NCBI GenBank assembly: GCA_951406725.2
Contig: OX597820.1
Location: 34,038,001-34,102,000 of the forward strand
Direction: 5' to 3'
Length of the DNA stretch: 64,000 bases
From: Octopus vulgaris
Lineage: Eukaryota
Below the pieces are notes generated by a model. The model worked only from the letters and a program-made list of their open reading frames with translations, was not told where the DNA came from and did not search any database. Made by a program: the position numbers and the translations under genes. The first letter of the stretch is position 1; each line of letters begins with the position of its first letter. Of this stretch, positions 29,248 to 42,719 are shown one piece after another.

Positions 29248-29732
29248 GATGATGATGATATCTTTTCTTTTTTAACTTTTACTGTTTCAGTCATTACACT
29301 GTGCCAAATTTAGGGCACTGCCTTGAAGGGATTTAAACAAATTATACCCACTTTTTTTTTGTGAAGCCTGGTACTTATTCTATCAATCTCTTTGCCAAAC
29401 TGCTAAGTTGTAGGGACATAGATACACCAATATTGATTGTCAATCAGCGGTGGTGGTGGTGGTGGGGGAAACACAAACAGGAAGACACACACACATAGAT
29501 ATATACACACAAACACATATATATACATATATATGATGGGCTTCTTTCAGTTTCCGTCTACCAAATCCATTCACAGGCTTTGGTCGGCCTGGGGCTATAG
29601 CAGAAGACACTTGCGCAAGATGCCACGCAGTGGGACTGAACCCGGAACCAAGTGGTTGGTAAGCAAGCTACTTACCACACAGCCACTCCTGCGTCTGTGT
29701 GTAGATAGACCAATAAATAGAGATAGATAGAT

Positions 29733-30329
29733 ATGTTTCTTTATTAGCCACACAGGGCTGAACACAGATGGGACAGATTACAAAGTAGAGCTTTTCTTTT
29801 TTGGGGAGAAAAGAAATAAAAAAGGGTAGGTTTTCGCTCAAAAGGGATCGTAAAAGGGAAAGAAAGAAAAAGAAAAAAAAAACGATCAATAGGGATCGTG
29901 TATCACAGAAATGTCATGATGTATAGTGTAAAGGGGGAAGCAGATAAGGTTTATCTGTGGAAAGAAAAGCTTACGAAAAAGACCATGGTAACCTCGGTCA
30001 ATAATGTTACATGTTACCACATTTGTTTGCATGTAGGTAACCCTCTGTTTTTAATTTTTCCGGGTTCATAGGATTATGCTCAAAGTGGCTTCGTCATTCA
30101 TATGTGTCATCCTTGCTACATTCATGCATCTTTTTTAGAAACATTCGCTAGACAAAACTTGCCTCTCTTACTTTCCTTTTCAAGTGATACTTGAAGAAGT
30201 TGATGAGCGATTGACCAGAGAGGAAAGTGTTTGTCTCCAATCCTTTCAGACGCGTCCATCAGATACATTCTCTCGCCATAGCCACAAGAATGGTGAAAAT
30301 AGCTCTTCCTTCCCGTTTGAAGGAAGGAA
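29733..30329 (-). mobile_element. L1/Tx1-clade LINE 3' end
   Basis: Minus translation FTILVAMARECI*WTRLKGLETNTFLSGQSLINFFKYHLKRKV.. resembles the Tx1 ORF2 C-terminus; pyrimidine-rich 3' UTR ending CAGCCCTGTGTGGCTAATAAAGAAAC next to (GATA)n. Confidence 0.7.
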
Positions 30330-30332
30330 GGA

Positions 30333-30377
<45 letters not shown>

Positions 30378-30939
30378 TCACAATAATAATATTATTTTGT
30401 TTAAGAGTGTATGAACAACAGATCGAAAGAACAAGAAATAGCAGCCAATTTTTTAAAAATCACTCATCTGCTTGTATGTCAGTGACAATCATTTACAACT
30501 ATTACAAATATTATTTTGTTTAAGAGTGTATGAACAACAGACCCAAAGAACAAAGGCTAATGAAATAATAGGGAATATAGTAAACGGCTTTTACCATATG
30601 ATATGGGTGTTGTAATGAGACAAGACACTCGTTTCGTTGTTTATTTTAATGGTTTTAATTTATTTCAAAGTTATTTTAAAATAAACATATCACTTAACAG
30701 AATTTCCCAGGGATGCTCTCTGCATGAAACAGAAACTAGTTAAGTTAGTGTCAGAGTATTAGTAATTATTCAGGTGCTATATAGCTCTCATTATAATGCC
30801 TATTTCCCAAGGGTCAGACAAGACTATGTTGGGGTTGGGTTCTCTGTGACCAGATACCCTTTTTGATGATGTGAGCCCTCAGTAGCTTCCAAGTGTGGTA
30901 ACAGTCTTCAAGTCAATTGGACAAGGAATAATCCAGAGG

Positions 30940-31256
30940 TAACAATTGCAGCGTGGAAGGTATTTATAAGCCATTTAAGAAACACACAAAAACTGTTAGA
31001 TTCACTTCAACATTTAAATTTAATTTGTCAAAATATTTCACTGACAAAACTTTGTGCTGCATCACTTTGTCAGTGAACAGGTCGTGGTCTCAAAGCAATG
31101 AAAATATTTTGACAAATTATATTTAAATGTTGAAGTGAATCTAACGGTTTTTGTGTGTTTCTTGAACGGCTTATAAACACCTTCCACACTGCAATTGTTT
31201 TCATTCTAGCACACGATCTCAGATCAGGTCACTCGCTATGCAAGTACATCTCCGTA
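30940..31256 (+). mobile_element. 317-bp fold-back element (inverted pLTR-like) with a 10-bp TSD and a hammerhead-like centre
   Basis: TSD AATCCAGAGG at 30930-30939 and 31257-31266; about 100-bp inverted arms at 30941-31039 and 31100-31199; second partial copy at about 52405-52578. Confidence 0.85.
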
Positions 31257-31459
31257 AATCCAGAGGCAGTTATGCAGATAACTAGAAACAAACGACACTT
31301 TTCAAATCAAATGTTTGTTTGTAATCAGTAAAAACATATGAAGCCAAGGAAAAATATGAATCTGCTAGCACAGTGAGCAAGTGTGTTAGTTTGTATGTGT
31401 GTACATACATACACATCAATATATATATATAAATGTACACAGATACACATTGCTATATA

Positions 31460-32179
31460 CAGTAATCCCTCACCATATCACAGTTCACCTATTGTGGTTC
31501 ACCTATCATGGTTTATTATTTAAGCTTACATTGATTCCTCCATGGTGTCGTTTTGCATTTATAATGAAACGAGACATAAGTTTCATAAACTACAAAATAT
31601 AAATATCCACATAACCACACTTAAAATCTACATGCTATAACTTTTATCTTGATTTGAATGTACATAAAGGTATTTAGAATGTCCAAACTTATTTCTGTAA
31701 ATGTGCTAAGCACTGGTGCTGATCATAGTTTAATCAATAAGCGTAGGAGTGAGGTAAATGCAATAAAAATGTGGGGGAGGACATTTAAGCGGCCCTTCAG
31801 AAATTGAATCTTCTTACGATACTCCTTGGGGGTTCATGGTATGAAATTCATTGTCATTTAGTTTAAAATGCAGTAAAAATAGTTTGGGGAGGGGGCAGTG
31901 GGGCCCCAATTAGGTGGCCCTTAAAAAAATTGACCCCCTTAGGACATTCCCAGAGATTGCTGGTTTGAGTTTCGGTGTCCTTACACCAATGGCCTTGGAG
32001 GAGTTAACAAACATAAAAATGTAACGGACAGAGAAACATCACTCAAATTCATAATAGGATATATATATATACAAATTATACAAATAATAAAAAAATATAC
32101 AGTACAGTAGTTTCTAGTTCATAGATTTTCACCTATTGTAGGGGGTTATGGAATGTAACACTCATGACAGTTGAGGGAT

Positions 32180-32184
<5 letters not shown>
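31460..32184. mobile_element. Tigger/pogo-type Tc1-mariner MITE, apparently interrupted by a Helitron-like insert (about 31700-32059, minus)
   Basis: TA|CAGTAATCCCTCA..TGAGGGATTGTTT|TA ends; the insert begins A|TCCTATTAT on the minus strand. Confidence 0.6.
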
Positions 32185-32237
<53 letters not shown>

Positions 32238-32380
32238 CCACTCATGTGGTACCTTAGAACTTCACTTTGTTATATATATATAGTACTTTTTTTTATTAAG
32301 CCTGTAAAAATGAAAAGTAAAGTTGATAAACTGAGTACCAGTCAAGCATTGGGGTAAATTCTAATAGCAGTTTATCAATA

Positions 32381-32412
<32 letters not shown>

Positions 32413-32499
32413 CCTCTCTCTTTAGCTCTAACTGTTTGTTGTCCGTTTGTCTCCCTCTCATTCTGTATCTGTCTCTCCCCCTCTTTTTATCTGTCTGTC

Positions 32500-32636
32500 T
32501 GTTTCTATCTCTCTCACTTCTTCTCGTACTCACTCTTTCTTTATCTCTCTCTCTCTCTCACTTCTTCTTGTACTCACTCTTTCTTTATATCTCTCTCTCT
32601 CTCTCTCTCACTTCTTCTCTTACTCACTCTTTCTTT

Positions 32637-32660
<24 letters not shown>
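32500..32660. repeat. (CT)n-derived minisatellite, about three units
   Basis: CTCTCACTTCTTCT.(G/T)TACTCACTCTTTCTTTAT unit repeated three times. Confidence 0.8.
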
Positions 32661-32683
<23 letters not shown>

Positions 32684-34863
32684 CACATCTTTCTGTCTGT
32701 CTATCTATCTATCTCTCCGTCTCTGTTTATCAATCTCTTAATCCAACTCTCCCACTTTCTGTCCGCCTGTCTGTCTGCTACTCTCTCTCTCTCTTTCGGG
32801 AATGCTTAAGTTGTGTTAAATGAAGGATTATGTAAAACCACTCACAGAGTCCATATTTATTCCACAGTTGGAGGAATGAGTACGAGTTGGCAACATCTAT
32901 CTTCTCATAGAAAAAAACTGACAGAACTGGAATTGAAACTGTCTAAGAATAGTACAATGTGCAGTTCAGAGCAGAACAGTAATTAACAAGACAAATTACT
33001 TAATGAGTTTCACCACATTTAATGCAGGGAGCATTGAAATGTAAACTAAAAATAATTATGCATCTAGGAAAACTATAATATTAGGTCAAAAACTAATATT
33101 ATTTTAATTGTTTTAGTAATTACGTGAACATACGTTTCCTTAGAACATCATTATTATTAATTAGCTCTTTAACTGACAATTCATTAATTTATGTGAAGAT
33201 TAACTTAACCATTTCAAAGTTATTTGACGTAGTAATAATAATCCTTTCTACTATAGGAACAAAGCTTGAAATTTAAGGTAAAGGGCTAGTTGATTACATT
33301 GACCCCAGTATCTAACTGGTATTTATTTTATAGAACCTGATAGGATGAAAAGCAAAGTCAACCTTGGTGAGATTTGAACTCAGAATGTAAACCTGGAAGA
33401 AATGCTGCAAGGCATTTTGTCCAGCATGCTAACAATTCTGCCAGATGGCATAAGGTCAGTAATTTTAAGAGGAGGAGATAATTCTTTCACATCAGCCCCA
33501 GTGTTCAACTGGTACTTATTCCACTGACCCTCAAAAGGATGAAAGGCAAAGTCAATTTTGGCGGAATTTGAACTCAGAATAGATTGGGCTGAAAGAAATA
33601 CTTATTTCTTTATTGCCCACAAGGGTTAAACATAGAAGGGGACAAACAAGGACAGACAAAGGGATTAAGTTGATTACATCGACCCCAGTGCGTAATTAGT
33701 ACTTAATTTATCGACCCCGAAATGATGAAAGGCAAAGTCGACCTCGGTGGAATTTGAACTCAGAATGTAACGGCAGACGAAATACCACTAAGCATTTCAT
33801 CCAGGGTGCTAACATTTCTGCCAGCTCACCGCTGAAAGAAATACTGCTGAGCATTTCGTCTGTGGGGTTAATGATTCTTGAGTTTCGGAAAAATGCATTT
33901 TGGTATTTGTTTCAGCTCTTTTTGAGTTCAAATCCACCCAAAGTCAACTTTGCATTTTGCCCTTTCACAGTCAAGTACTAGTGTTAATGTTCTTACAGTT
34001 CTGCTAATCCATTGTCTTGAAAGGATGAAAAGCAGAGTTGATCTGAGTAGGATTTGAACTCAGAGCAAGAGGGCCAGAACAAATACTTGTTCCAATGCTC
34101 TAATGATTCTGCCAGAATCACTGCTCATTTATCTGTTGTAGTTTTGTTTAACACTCAAGTCATTCCTAATTCAACAGATTTATGATCAAAGGTATCCCAA
34201 CCATGACCATCACACCTTATTTTGTTTTAAAAGAGGCACAAAGTTTCAAGGACTACATTAATGTGTCCTTCCATTTTCATAAGGTATGAGTTGAAGATTT
34301 GGCTGCTGTTTCTAGGATATCAAGTAGACACATTGAAGTTCTTGTGTTTTCATTGCTGTTGAAGTCATCTTTCATGTTTAATCCTAGATCAGTTCTGATC
34401 CAACAGATCTGTGATCAAAAGTATTCCAAGCATGACCATCCATATCTATGATCAAAGCACTCCAACCATTCCATCCCTGCTTGGTTTTCCAGTCATAGTA
34501 TATCTTTGACTACCAAACATCTAACATACAGCCAGATATTTATAAAAAGAGAGGTATAATGAATGGGACAACTGACCTCAGTATATCACTGGAATCTATT
34601 CTGGAGATGCTCTTTTCTCCTTGTCATCCATCAACATGAATGATAAAAGTGAAAGCTAGGTAGGCTTTGAACTCAGAACATAAGAGGACAAACTGGTGAA
34701 CTTTAAGGGAGAGTACAAAATATTGCAAGATGTTACACACAATACAATATTTGATGGTGATGGCCATGGCACTGACCGTTGCGAGAAGAAATACTGATTT
34801 CTCAAGTTACAAATGGATTACAGTATTGAATTATAAAAACATTTAATATACTTTATCATATAG

Positions 34864-34989
34864 ATCCGCAAAATCTTAGGCCTAACATGGTGCAACAAGG
34901 TCACCAATGTTGAAGTGCTAGCACAGGCAAATCTTCAAAGCATGACAGCTATCTTGTGTATCAGAAGACTGAGGTGGCTGGAGCATGTA
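34864..34989 (+). mobile_element. RTE-BovB-like LINE fragment
   Basis: IRKILGLTWCNKVTNVEVLAQANLQSMTAILCIRRLRWLEHV, compare the motif LR.IL.I.W.DKVTN.EVL..A....RRLRWLGHV. Confidence 0.8.
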
Positions 34990-35029
34990 TACACACACAC
35001 ACACACACATATATACACATATATACACA

Positions 35030-35780
35030 GCTTCTAACAATATCAGAGACCTGGGTGCAATTGTAGATAACAATTTCAGTTGGAGTGCCCACATCAACAA
35101 TAAGGTCGATATAGCTCGTAGGATGAGCTCCTGGATCTTAAGAACCTTCCGGTCTAGAGAACAAGGTGTTATCATTCCACTTTTCTCCTCCTTTGTACAG
35201 CCATACCTCGAATACTGCTGTCCCTTGTGGTCTCCCCATACAAAACAAAACATCTTGAGTATTGAATCACCCCAGAGGTCACTCACTAAATGAATTGAAG
35301 GCATGACTGATCTCGATTATTGGGACTGAAACTTTACTCTCTCCAGCACCGCTGTGAGCGATACATTATTTGTACGATGTGGAGAATATACAGCCAGCAT
35401 TGCCCAAACGACCTGAACATTAGTTTCAAGGTTCATCCAAGGTTGGGAACACAGGCTCTAAGTCCCTGCCCAATTCAGGATCACAACATATAGGTACACT
35501 GCAACATAATTTCTTTTCCTCAACAGGCCCTACACTGTTTAACATTGTCCTGAAAGAGATCAAAGAGGAAAAGGATCCCATCACCTTTAAACAGAGTCTG
35601 GACAGATTTCTTCAAGGAATACTGGATAAGCCACCCATACCTGGATACAACTCACTCAACAAGAACTCACTACTTGAATGGACCATAAACAAAACTTGAC
35701 TTAAACAGGATTTAATCCTTTCAGGTGGTGCTATTAAGTTAGACATGGCCTGGACCAATCTTTGGTCGAAACATATCTAA

Positions 35781-35782
<2 letters not shown>
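35030..35782 (+). mobile_element. CR1-clade LINE 3' fragment
   Basis: IRDLGAIVDNNFSWSAHINNKV..WILRTFRSR..LFSSFVQPYLEYCCPLWSPH..IESPQRSLTK, then a decayed LYSLQHRCERY..LFNIV..FKQSLDRFL. Confidence 0.9.
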
Positions 35783-35815
<33 letters not shown>

Positions 35816-35861
35816 CACACACACACACACATATATATGATATATACATACATACATATAA

Positions 35862-35901
<40 letters not shown>

Positions 35902-36111
35902 GATATATACATACATACATATAAATACACACACACACACACACATATATATATGATATATACATACATACATATAAATACACACACACACATATATATA
36001 TGATATATACATACATACATAATATAAACACACACACACACACATATATATATGATATATACATACATACATATAAATACACACACACACACACACATAT
36101 ATATATGATAT

Positions 36112-36154
<43 letters not shown>

Positions 36155-36168
36155 CATGATATAGATAT

Positions 36169-36213
<45 letters not shown>

Positions 36214-36227
36214 CATGATATAGATAT

Positions 36228-36259
<32 letters not shown>

Positions 36260-36362
36260 GATATATACATATATATATGTATATATACATATATATGATA
36301 TATACATACATATGATATATACATACATATGATATATACATATATACATATATATGATATAT

Positions 36363-36407
<45 letters not shown>

Positions 36408-36430
36408 ATATACACATATATATATAAACA
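35783..36430. repeat. Compound TA/CA minisatellite (ATATATGATATATACATACATACATATAAATACACAC.. units)
   Basis: Seen directly. Confidence 0.9.
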
Positions 36431-36739
36431 CATACATATATATAAACCCACATCCATACACATGTACACACACAACCATCCATACTCATGTGTGCGTGCA
36501 TACACAGACACACACACACATATGAAAAACAGATGAGGCAGCAGAGGTTGAACATTCATGAACATAAACGTGTTCGGCCAGAGTTGACCTGGAAGAGTAA
36601 ACAATAACAACAACAACAACAACAACAACAACAAAAACAACAACAACATCCACAGTACCTCCCGCCCTCCTCCTCATCATCATGATCATTATCATTGGTA
36701 ACAACAGGTAAATAACCATAACAAACATATTTAACTAAC

Positions 36740-37279
36740 CCGAATAGTTGTAATGGTATACTGCTCAACCAAGTACATGGGTGTGTCCTGCATACTGAGT
36801 GTGCGCTTGGTGGTGGAACGACGCTTTCTGATCACTCTGCCATTGCTGCTGTATGAGCGCCGTTCAATAAACCTGTGGTCTTGTTGCACCACACTGGCGT
36901 TCACTGCAACCAGCTGCAGATTGTCCTCTGTTTCATCGGAGGCCTCCGTGTCCTTTTGTAAATCCATGTTTAAAACTGACCACTGGTCTGAGTCGGTTTG
37001 GGCCTGTGTGTTAACATGTGGAGCTGCAGCTGTTGTTGTAGCAGAGGTGGTGGTGGTGGTGGTAGTGGCAGTGCTGGTAGTATTGGTGGTGATGGCATTG
37101 GTGATGGTGGTGCTGGTGGTAATGGTAGTGGCGTCGGTTGTGGTGGTAGCAGCATTGCTGGTGGATATGTTTGAGATGTTTACTGGGGTTGGCAGATCCA
37201 TGGCATAGCAGTCAAGGTTGGAGTCACACTCTTTGTCACTGGAGCTTGGCTCATGTGCCATTGTCACTTCGGGGGACAT
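36740..37279 (-). CDS. Candidate first coding exon (180 aa, Thr-rich, ends ..RKRRSTTKRTLSMQDTPMYLVEQYTITTIR), probably an alternative N-terminus of the TBC1D1/4 gene
   Basis: Pyrimidine tract and CTAG| acceptor at 37301/37300; in-frame TGA just upstream of ATC-ATG (37279); open for 540 nt; donor CGG|GTTAGT at 36740/36739 in phase 0, matching the phase-0 acceptor at 4080. No recognisable domain. Confidence 0.6.
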
Positions 37280-37380
37280 GATCCCTCAAATGAGGCACAC
37301 CTAGGATAACACAAGATTGTTGAAAGGAGGTAGAAGTGAGAATGAAAAAATAAGCCTGAGTGTATATGCAAATGTGATAT

Positions 37381-37420
<40 letters not shown>

Positions 37421-37845
37421 CTAGAAGGAAGACTACAGATTTTTTTCTTCTTTTTACTCTGTGTTTATGTTTGCCAATATTGAGTCCCAGTAAGAGATAG
37501 TGGAGTGGGGATTAGGCTTCTCCAGAAGCAAGAGTCACTTGAGTGTCACCTAGAATGCCATTTCTGACCACCATCTCATCTTTGTTTTTTTTCTTCTTCT
37601 TGAAACAAAGGTGAAATTTCCAAGCCTGAAAATTGTCCAGTTTTTCTGGCCCAATTCTAAAGCAAAGAAGGATGCTGTGGTTGAACCTGGGTACAATGTT
37701 TCTGATCGAGATCAGAATAGTCCAAATAAGAACATTTAATACTTGGATCCGAAGTATGCATATATGAGTACTGGTATAAGTGTGGGTGTCCAATTTTCAC
37801 TATATATACATATATATAACGTAGCACTTAGTATCCGAGCATGAG

Positions 37846-37899
<54 letters not shown>

Positions 37900-38068
37900 A
37901 CACTTGATGCCTGAAGTATATGTAAAAGATACTGGAATGAGTTTTGGTATACAATATCAAGGATAGGTATTTGTGGTTGAGTATAAGAGTATATATTTAC
38001 ATATAGCAATTAATGTCCAAGTATGAGTATATATTATATAATAGTACTAGAGTATAAGTATGTGTATG

Positions 38069-38135
<67 letters not shown>

Positions 38136-39106
38136 AACACTTGGTACTTGATTGTAAATATATAATACTTGTTGTCTGAGTATGGGTACTTGATTTCCAA
38201 GTATAAATAACAAAAGTTATATATGTGTGTGTGTGTGTGTGTGTTTATATATATATATATATAAAACTTGGTGTTTGAAATTTAGTATAGATTCCTGGTG
38301 AAAAACTTAGTACAGGGGAAAATCGACGGACTTTTCATTGTATTGGTTGTGATATTAAGTCAGGTAAAATATATTTTGATTGAGCATGAAGTATAAACCG
38401 CTGTCCAAGTGTTTTTTCTTAACAAAGAAAAAAAAATGAAAAAGAAAAATGTATTCCTTGTTAGTGAAAAAGAATAAGGAGCACTGTGTCCGAGTCAAAG
38501 TATTGACATTTGTCCAAGAATTAAATACAAAGTGTTATCCCTGGAAACTAAAAGCAGGAGAAATAAGAGTAATAAAAACCCAACGAAACATGATCCAAGG
38601 ACCTACAGGAGTGAGACTGTGTAAAAAAGCACTGGATGATCACTTGAATGTAGGAAAACTGTCCGAGCCCAAAAAAGACTGCTCTCAGTCAACAACAATA
38701 ACAACAACTACACAAGGATGGTGGTAATTAAGTTTGCCAAATGTTGCTATTTCCTCTGCAGTGTCGTCAGAGGTGATGTTTGTACTGATGGTGGCTGTGG
38801 TGGTATTTGTAATAGTGGTAGTGGTGGTGGTGGTGATGGTGGTACTGACAGTGGTTGTGATAGTGATGTTTGGACTGGTGGTGATGGTGGTGGTGTATTA
38901 GTCTGTTAATAAGTATGACCATTGTTTCTAAGTTTGTCTGTCTGTCTGTCTGTGTGTCTGGACACTGGCTGCTGCCATGAGTGAGTGTGTGTGTGTGTGT
39001 GTCTGTGTATAAACATATGTATGTATATGTGTGTATGTATGTATGTATATGTGTGTATGTATGTATGTATGTATGTTTGCATGTGGATTGTGTGTGTATG
39101 TGTATG

Positions 39107-39147
<41 letters not shown>

Positions 39148-39550
39148 TCGCATAGATAAATATATACACATGCTTTCAGATACACACACATATACACACT
39201 CACATACATACATGTATATATGTGTGTGTGAGCATATGTGTGTACATGTGTGTGTGTGTATGTATATGTGTGTGTATGTTATATGTATGATTTGTGTCAT
39301 ATGACCTCTGGCGTCAATATAGTGAAGGTAGGGTCTTTATCCCCCACTCCTTCCCTACTCTACACACCACTTTAAGCTTTCTACACACACCAGCATCATC
39401 ACCACCATCATCAATACCAGTTGTAGCATCGCCGCCACAACCACCACCATGCTTCTCGCTGTGTCTGTTGGATGAAGAGAAGGAGAGAGAGAGCAAAGGT
39501 AGAAAACCGAGACAGAGAGATGAAGAGACTGAAAAAGAGAGATACATGGA

Positions 39551-39620
<70 letters not shown>

Positions 39621-40009
39621 GAAACAGAAGAAGAGAGAGGGAGGTACAGGAGAGGGAGAAAGAGAAAGAAATATATACGTTACGCATACAGATATGCAGA
39701 CACACACACACACACACACTTATATATATATGTGCATCTTATGCCTGTATGTGCACATGTAAGTGTATGTGTGTGAGTGTCTGTGCATGTGTAAGTATGT
39801 ATATCTATATATGTATGTAAGTGTGTGTATGTGTGCAATGAGGTTTTTTGTAATGAAAGATCCAATATAATTGACAAAAGTAAGATTATGCTAAATATCT
39901 TATGTATGGAAGGAAATAAGCAACATCTTCAAATACGTCATGGAAGATGGGTGAAGTTGTCTGTGGTATGTGTGTGTGTGTGTGAGTAATGGTGGTAGTA
40001 ATGCTAGCA

Positions 40010-41282
40010 GAGTAGAAGGTTGATATCTAGGTATTATTATAATGGATTATTCTGAGCTCAAATCCTACTAGAGTCAACTTCGCTTTTCATCTTTATGGGG
40101 TTGATATAATAAGTACCAGTTGAACACTGGGGTCAATGTAATCAACTAGACACCCTCCCCCAATATTTTAGGCCTTGTGCCTATTGTTGAAAGGATTATT
40201 ATTATTATTATTATTATCATTAGTAGTAGTAGAAGTATAAGTATTACTATTAGTATTAGTATTATTTAAAGGGAAATTGCTAGTACACTGAGCAAAATAC
40301 TTAGCAGTATTCTGTCCATCTGAGCTCAAATGCCACTGAGGTTGACTTAACCTTTCATTCTTTCGGAGTCAATAAAAAAAGTAGCAGTTGAACACTGGGG
40401 GGGGGGTCAATGTAATCAACTTACCCCTTCCCCTGAAATTTCAGACCTTCTATCATAATAGAAAGGATTGTTATTTTCTGTACCGGTGGCATGTGAAAAA
40501 GACATTTGAGCGAGGTCGTTGCCAGTGCCACTGGACTGGCTCTTGTGCAGGTGGCATGTAAAAACACCATTTGAGTGTGGCCGTTGCCAGTACAATCTGA
40601 TTGGCCTTTGTGCCGGTGGCACGTAAAAGCACCCACTACAGTCTTGGAATGGTTGGCATTAGGAAGGGCATCCAGCTGTAGAAACTCTGCCAGATCAAGA
40701 TTGGAGCCTGGTGCGGCCATCTGGTTTGCCAGTCCTCAGTTAAATCCCCCAACCCATGCTAGCATGGAAAGCAGACGTTAAACGATTATGATGATGATGA
40801 TTGTCATCATCATCATTGTTGTTAAGGTGGCAAGCTGCCAGAATCATTAGCACACTGGACAAATGCTTAGCGGCATTTCATCCGTCTTTACATTCTGAGT
40901 TCAAATTCTGTCAAGGTTGACTTTGCCTTTCATCCTTTCAGTTGTCAGTAAATTAAGTACCTGTTACACACTGAAGTTAATGTAATTGACTTAGCCCCTC
41001 CCCACAAATTTCAGGCCTTGTACCTTTAGTAGAAAGGATTATTATTGTTGTTGTTAAGGCAGTAAGCTGGCAGAATCGTTAGTATACCAGGCAAATGCTT
41101 AGAGGAACTTCATCTGTCTTCACATTCTGAGTTCAAATTCTGCCAAGGTCGATTTTTGCTTTTCATCCTTTATGGGTCAATAAATTAAGTACCAGTTACG
41201 CACTGGGATTGATGTAATCGACTAGTCTCCTTCTTACAAATTTTAAGCCTTGTGCTCATAGTGGAAAGAATTAATATTATTA
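40010..41282 (+). mobile_element. Head-to-tail cluster of four SINE B2 copies with a family C element at 40480-40800
   Basis: Repeated GAG(C/T)TCAAAT..CATCCTTT..AAGTACCAGTT..TCAGGCCTTGTGCCT..GAAAGGATTATT units. Confidence 0.8.
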
Positions 41283-42676
41283 TTGAGTGAAAGAGCAGGA
41301 CATGCCATCAAAGTGATGCTGGGGTAAAAACATACGAAATTCAATATACCCATCACTACTACCCATCTGATAAGAGTACACCAGGCACATGCATCACAAC
41401 CATATTCGCATGAAATGATGATTTCATATCAAGATAAACAGCACATGACCTTGAAGGTGGGGCCCAATTAGAATTTTCTCCAAGTCAAGTAGCCCATCCC
41501 ACTCAAAAGGTCCTGGAATAAGAGTTCTTTAAGGATGATTAACGAAACACTCATGTTTCCAGCGGTGAATTATTCAAACCCCAAAGAACTCGTCTCAACA
41601 CATGGCTATGATGTTCCCCCATAACTCCTGCTTATGAACAGAGATGCACATATTGTCAACCACTAAGAGACATGCTAAACTGGTTCAGGTCAAGCAGCTG
41701 ACAAGCATATCTGCAAAATTGAGCAGAATATTTGCCATAGCTCAATGTTGTTGTTGTTATTTAAAGTCTAGCTGTGATACTGGCATGACTTGGATGGCTA
41801 GACAGGGTCTGATGACTCAAAAATCCATGTAATGCATCAATGTCTCCATTGGCATGGCCTCTACAGCTGGATGCCCTTCCTAATGCAAACAACCTTATAG
41901 AATGAACTGGGTACTTTATCCGTGGTTCCAGCACTAGTGATGATTTCTTTGTAACAAGCAGGACTAAGGTCCTAAAGTGGACTAGATAACTGAGAAAAAA
42001 AACAAAAGAGAGAGTGGAGAGTGGGTAAATAATCCTTGGCAGAGAAATTCTCTTTCATTCACATTCAGATGGAAGTACTGAAATAAATGTCTGGATCATC
42101 TGATTCCCTCTCACGTACTGTGGACACCCACACATGAGGCACAAGCATGATAGTGTGGTTAATTAGTTCACTTTTCACTGCCAGATGGTTTCAGGTTCAG
42201 CCCCAATGCATGACACTTTGGGGTGTGTATCTTCTACTATAGACCCAAGTTCATCAAAGCCTTGTGTATAGATTTGGTTGACAGAATCTGAAACCTACCA
42301 CGTATACACACACACACACACACACACATACATAGTCTGACAATAGCTCAGCTGGCCAAAACTTTGAAGTCACTGTCAACAACATTCTTGTATAAGAATA
42401 AGAAATTTGTACTTCATAAAAGTGTAGAGTAATGTAAAATTGCTTTTATTATAACATAAAAACAAACATCAATAGATGCACACACACACACACAACATAT
42501 ATTCATGTTTGTTCACATTTCTCCAAAGGAGGTCAAGTGTTTAAAACTTTGGATTTTTCACTCTTTCCGGCAAATTAACAACTGTACGTCATTTTTATTT
42601 TTATCCAAGCACTAATACGGATGAACTTTTAGCTATTAGCTTCCTTTGATTATGGAATATATATACACACACACAC

Positions 42677-42719
<43 letters not shown>

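Noticed and set aside
30388-30553. About 47-bp direct repeat with a 119-bp period
   Set aside because: Looks like an ordinary local duplication with no functional signature.
36753-37208. 151-aa plus-strand ORF
   Set aside because: Antisense shadow of the minus-strand exon, with poly-Val from the (GTG)n repeat.
42500-42640. Possible additional hammerhead-bearing pLTR
   Set aside because: Core and stems are too degraded to support the call.
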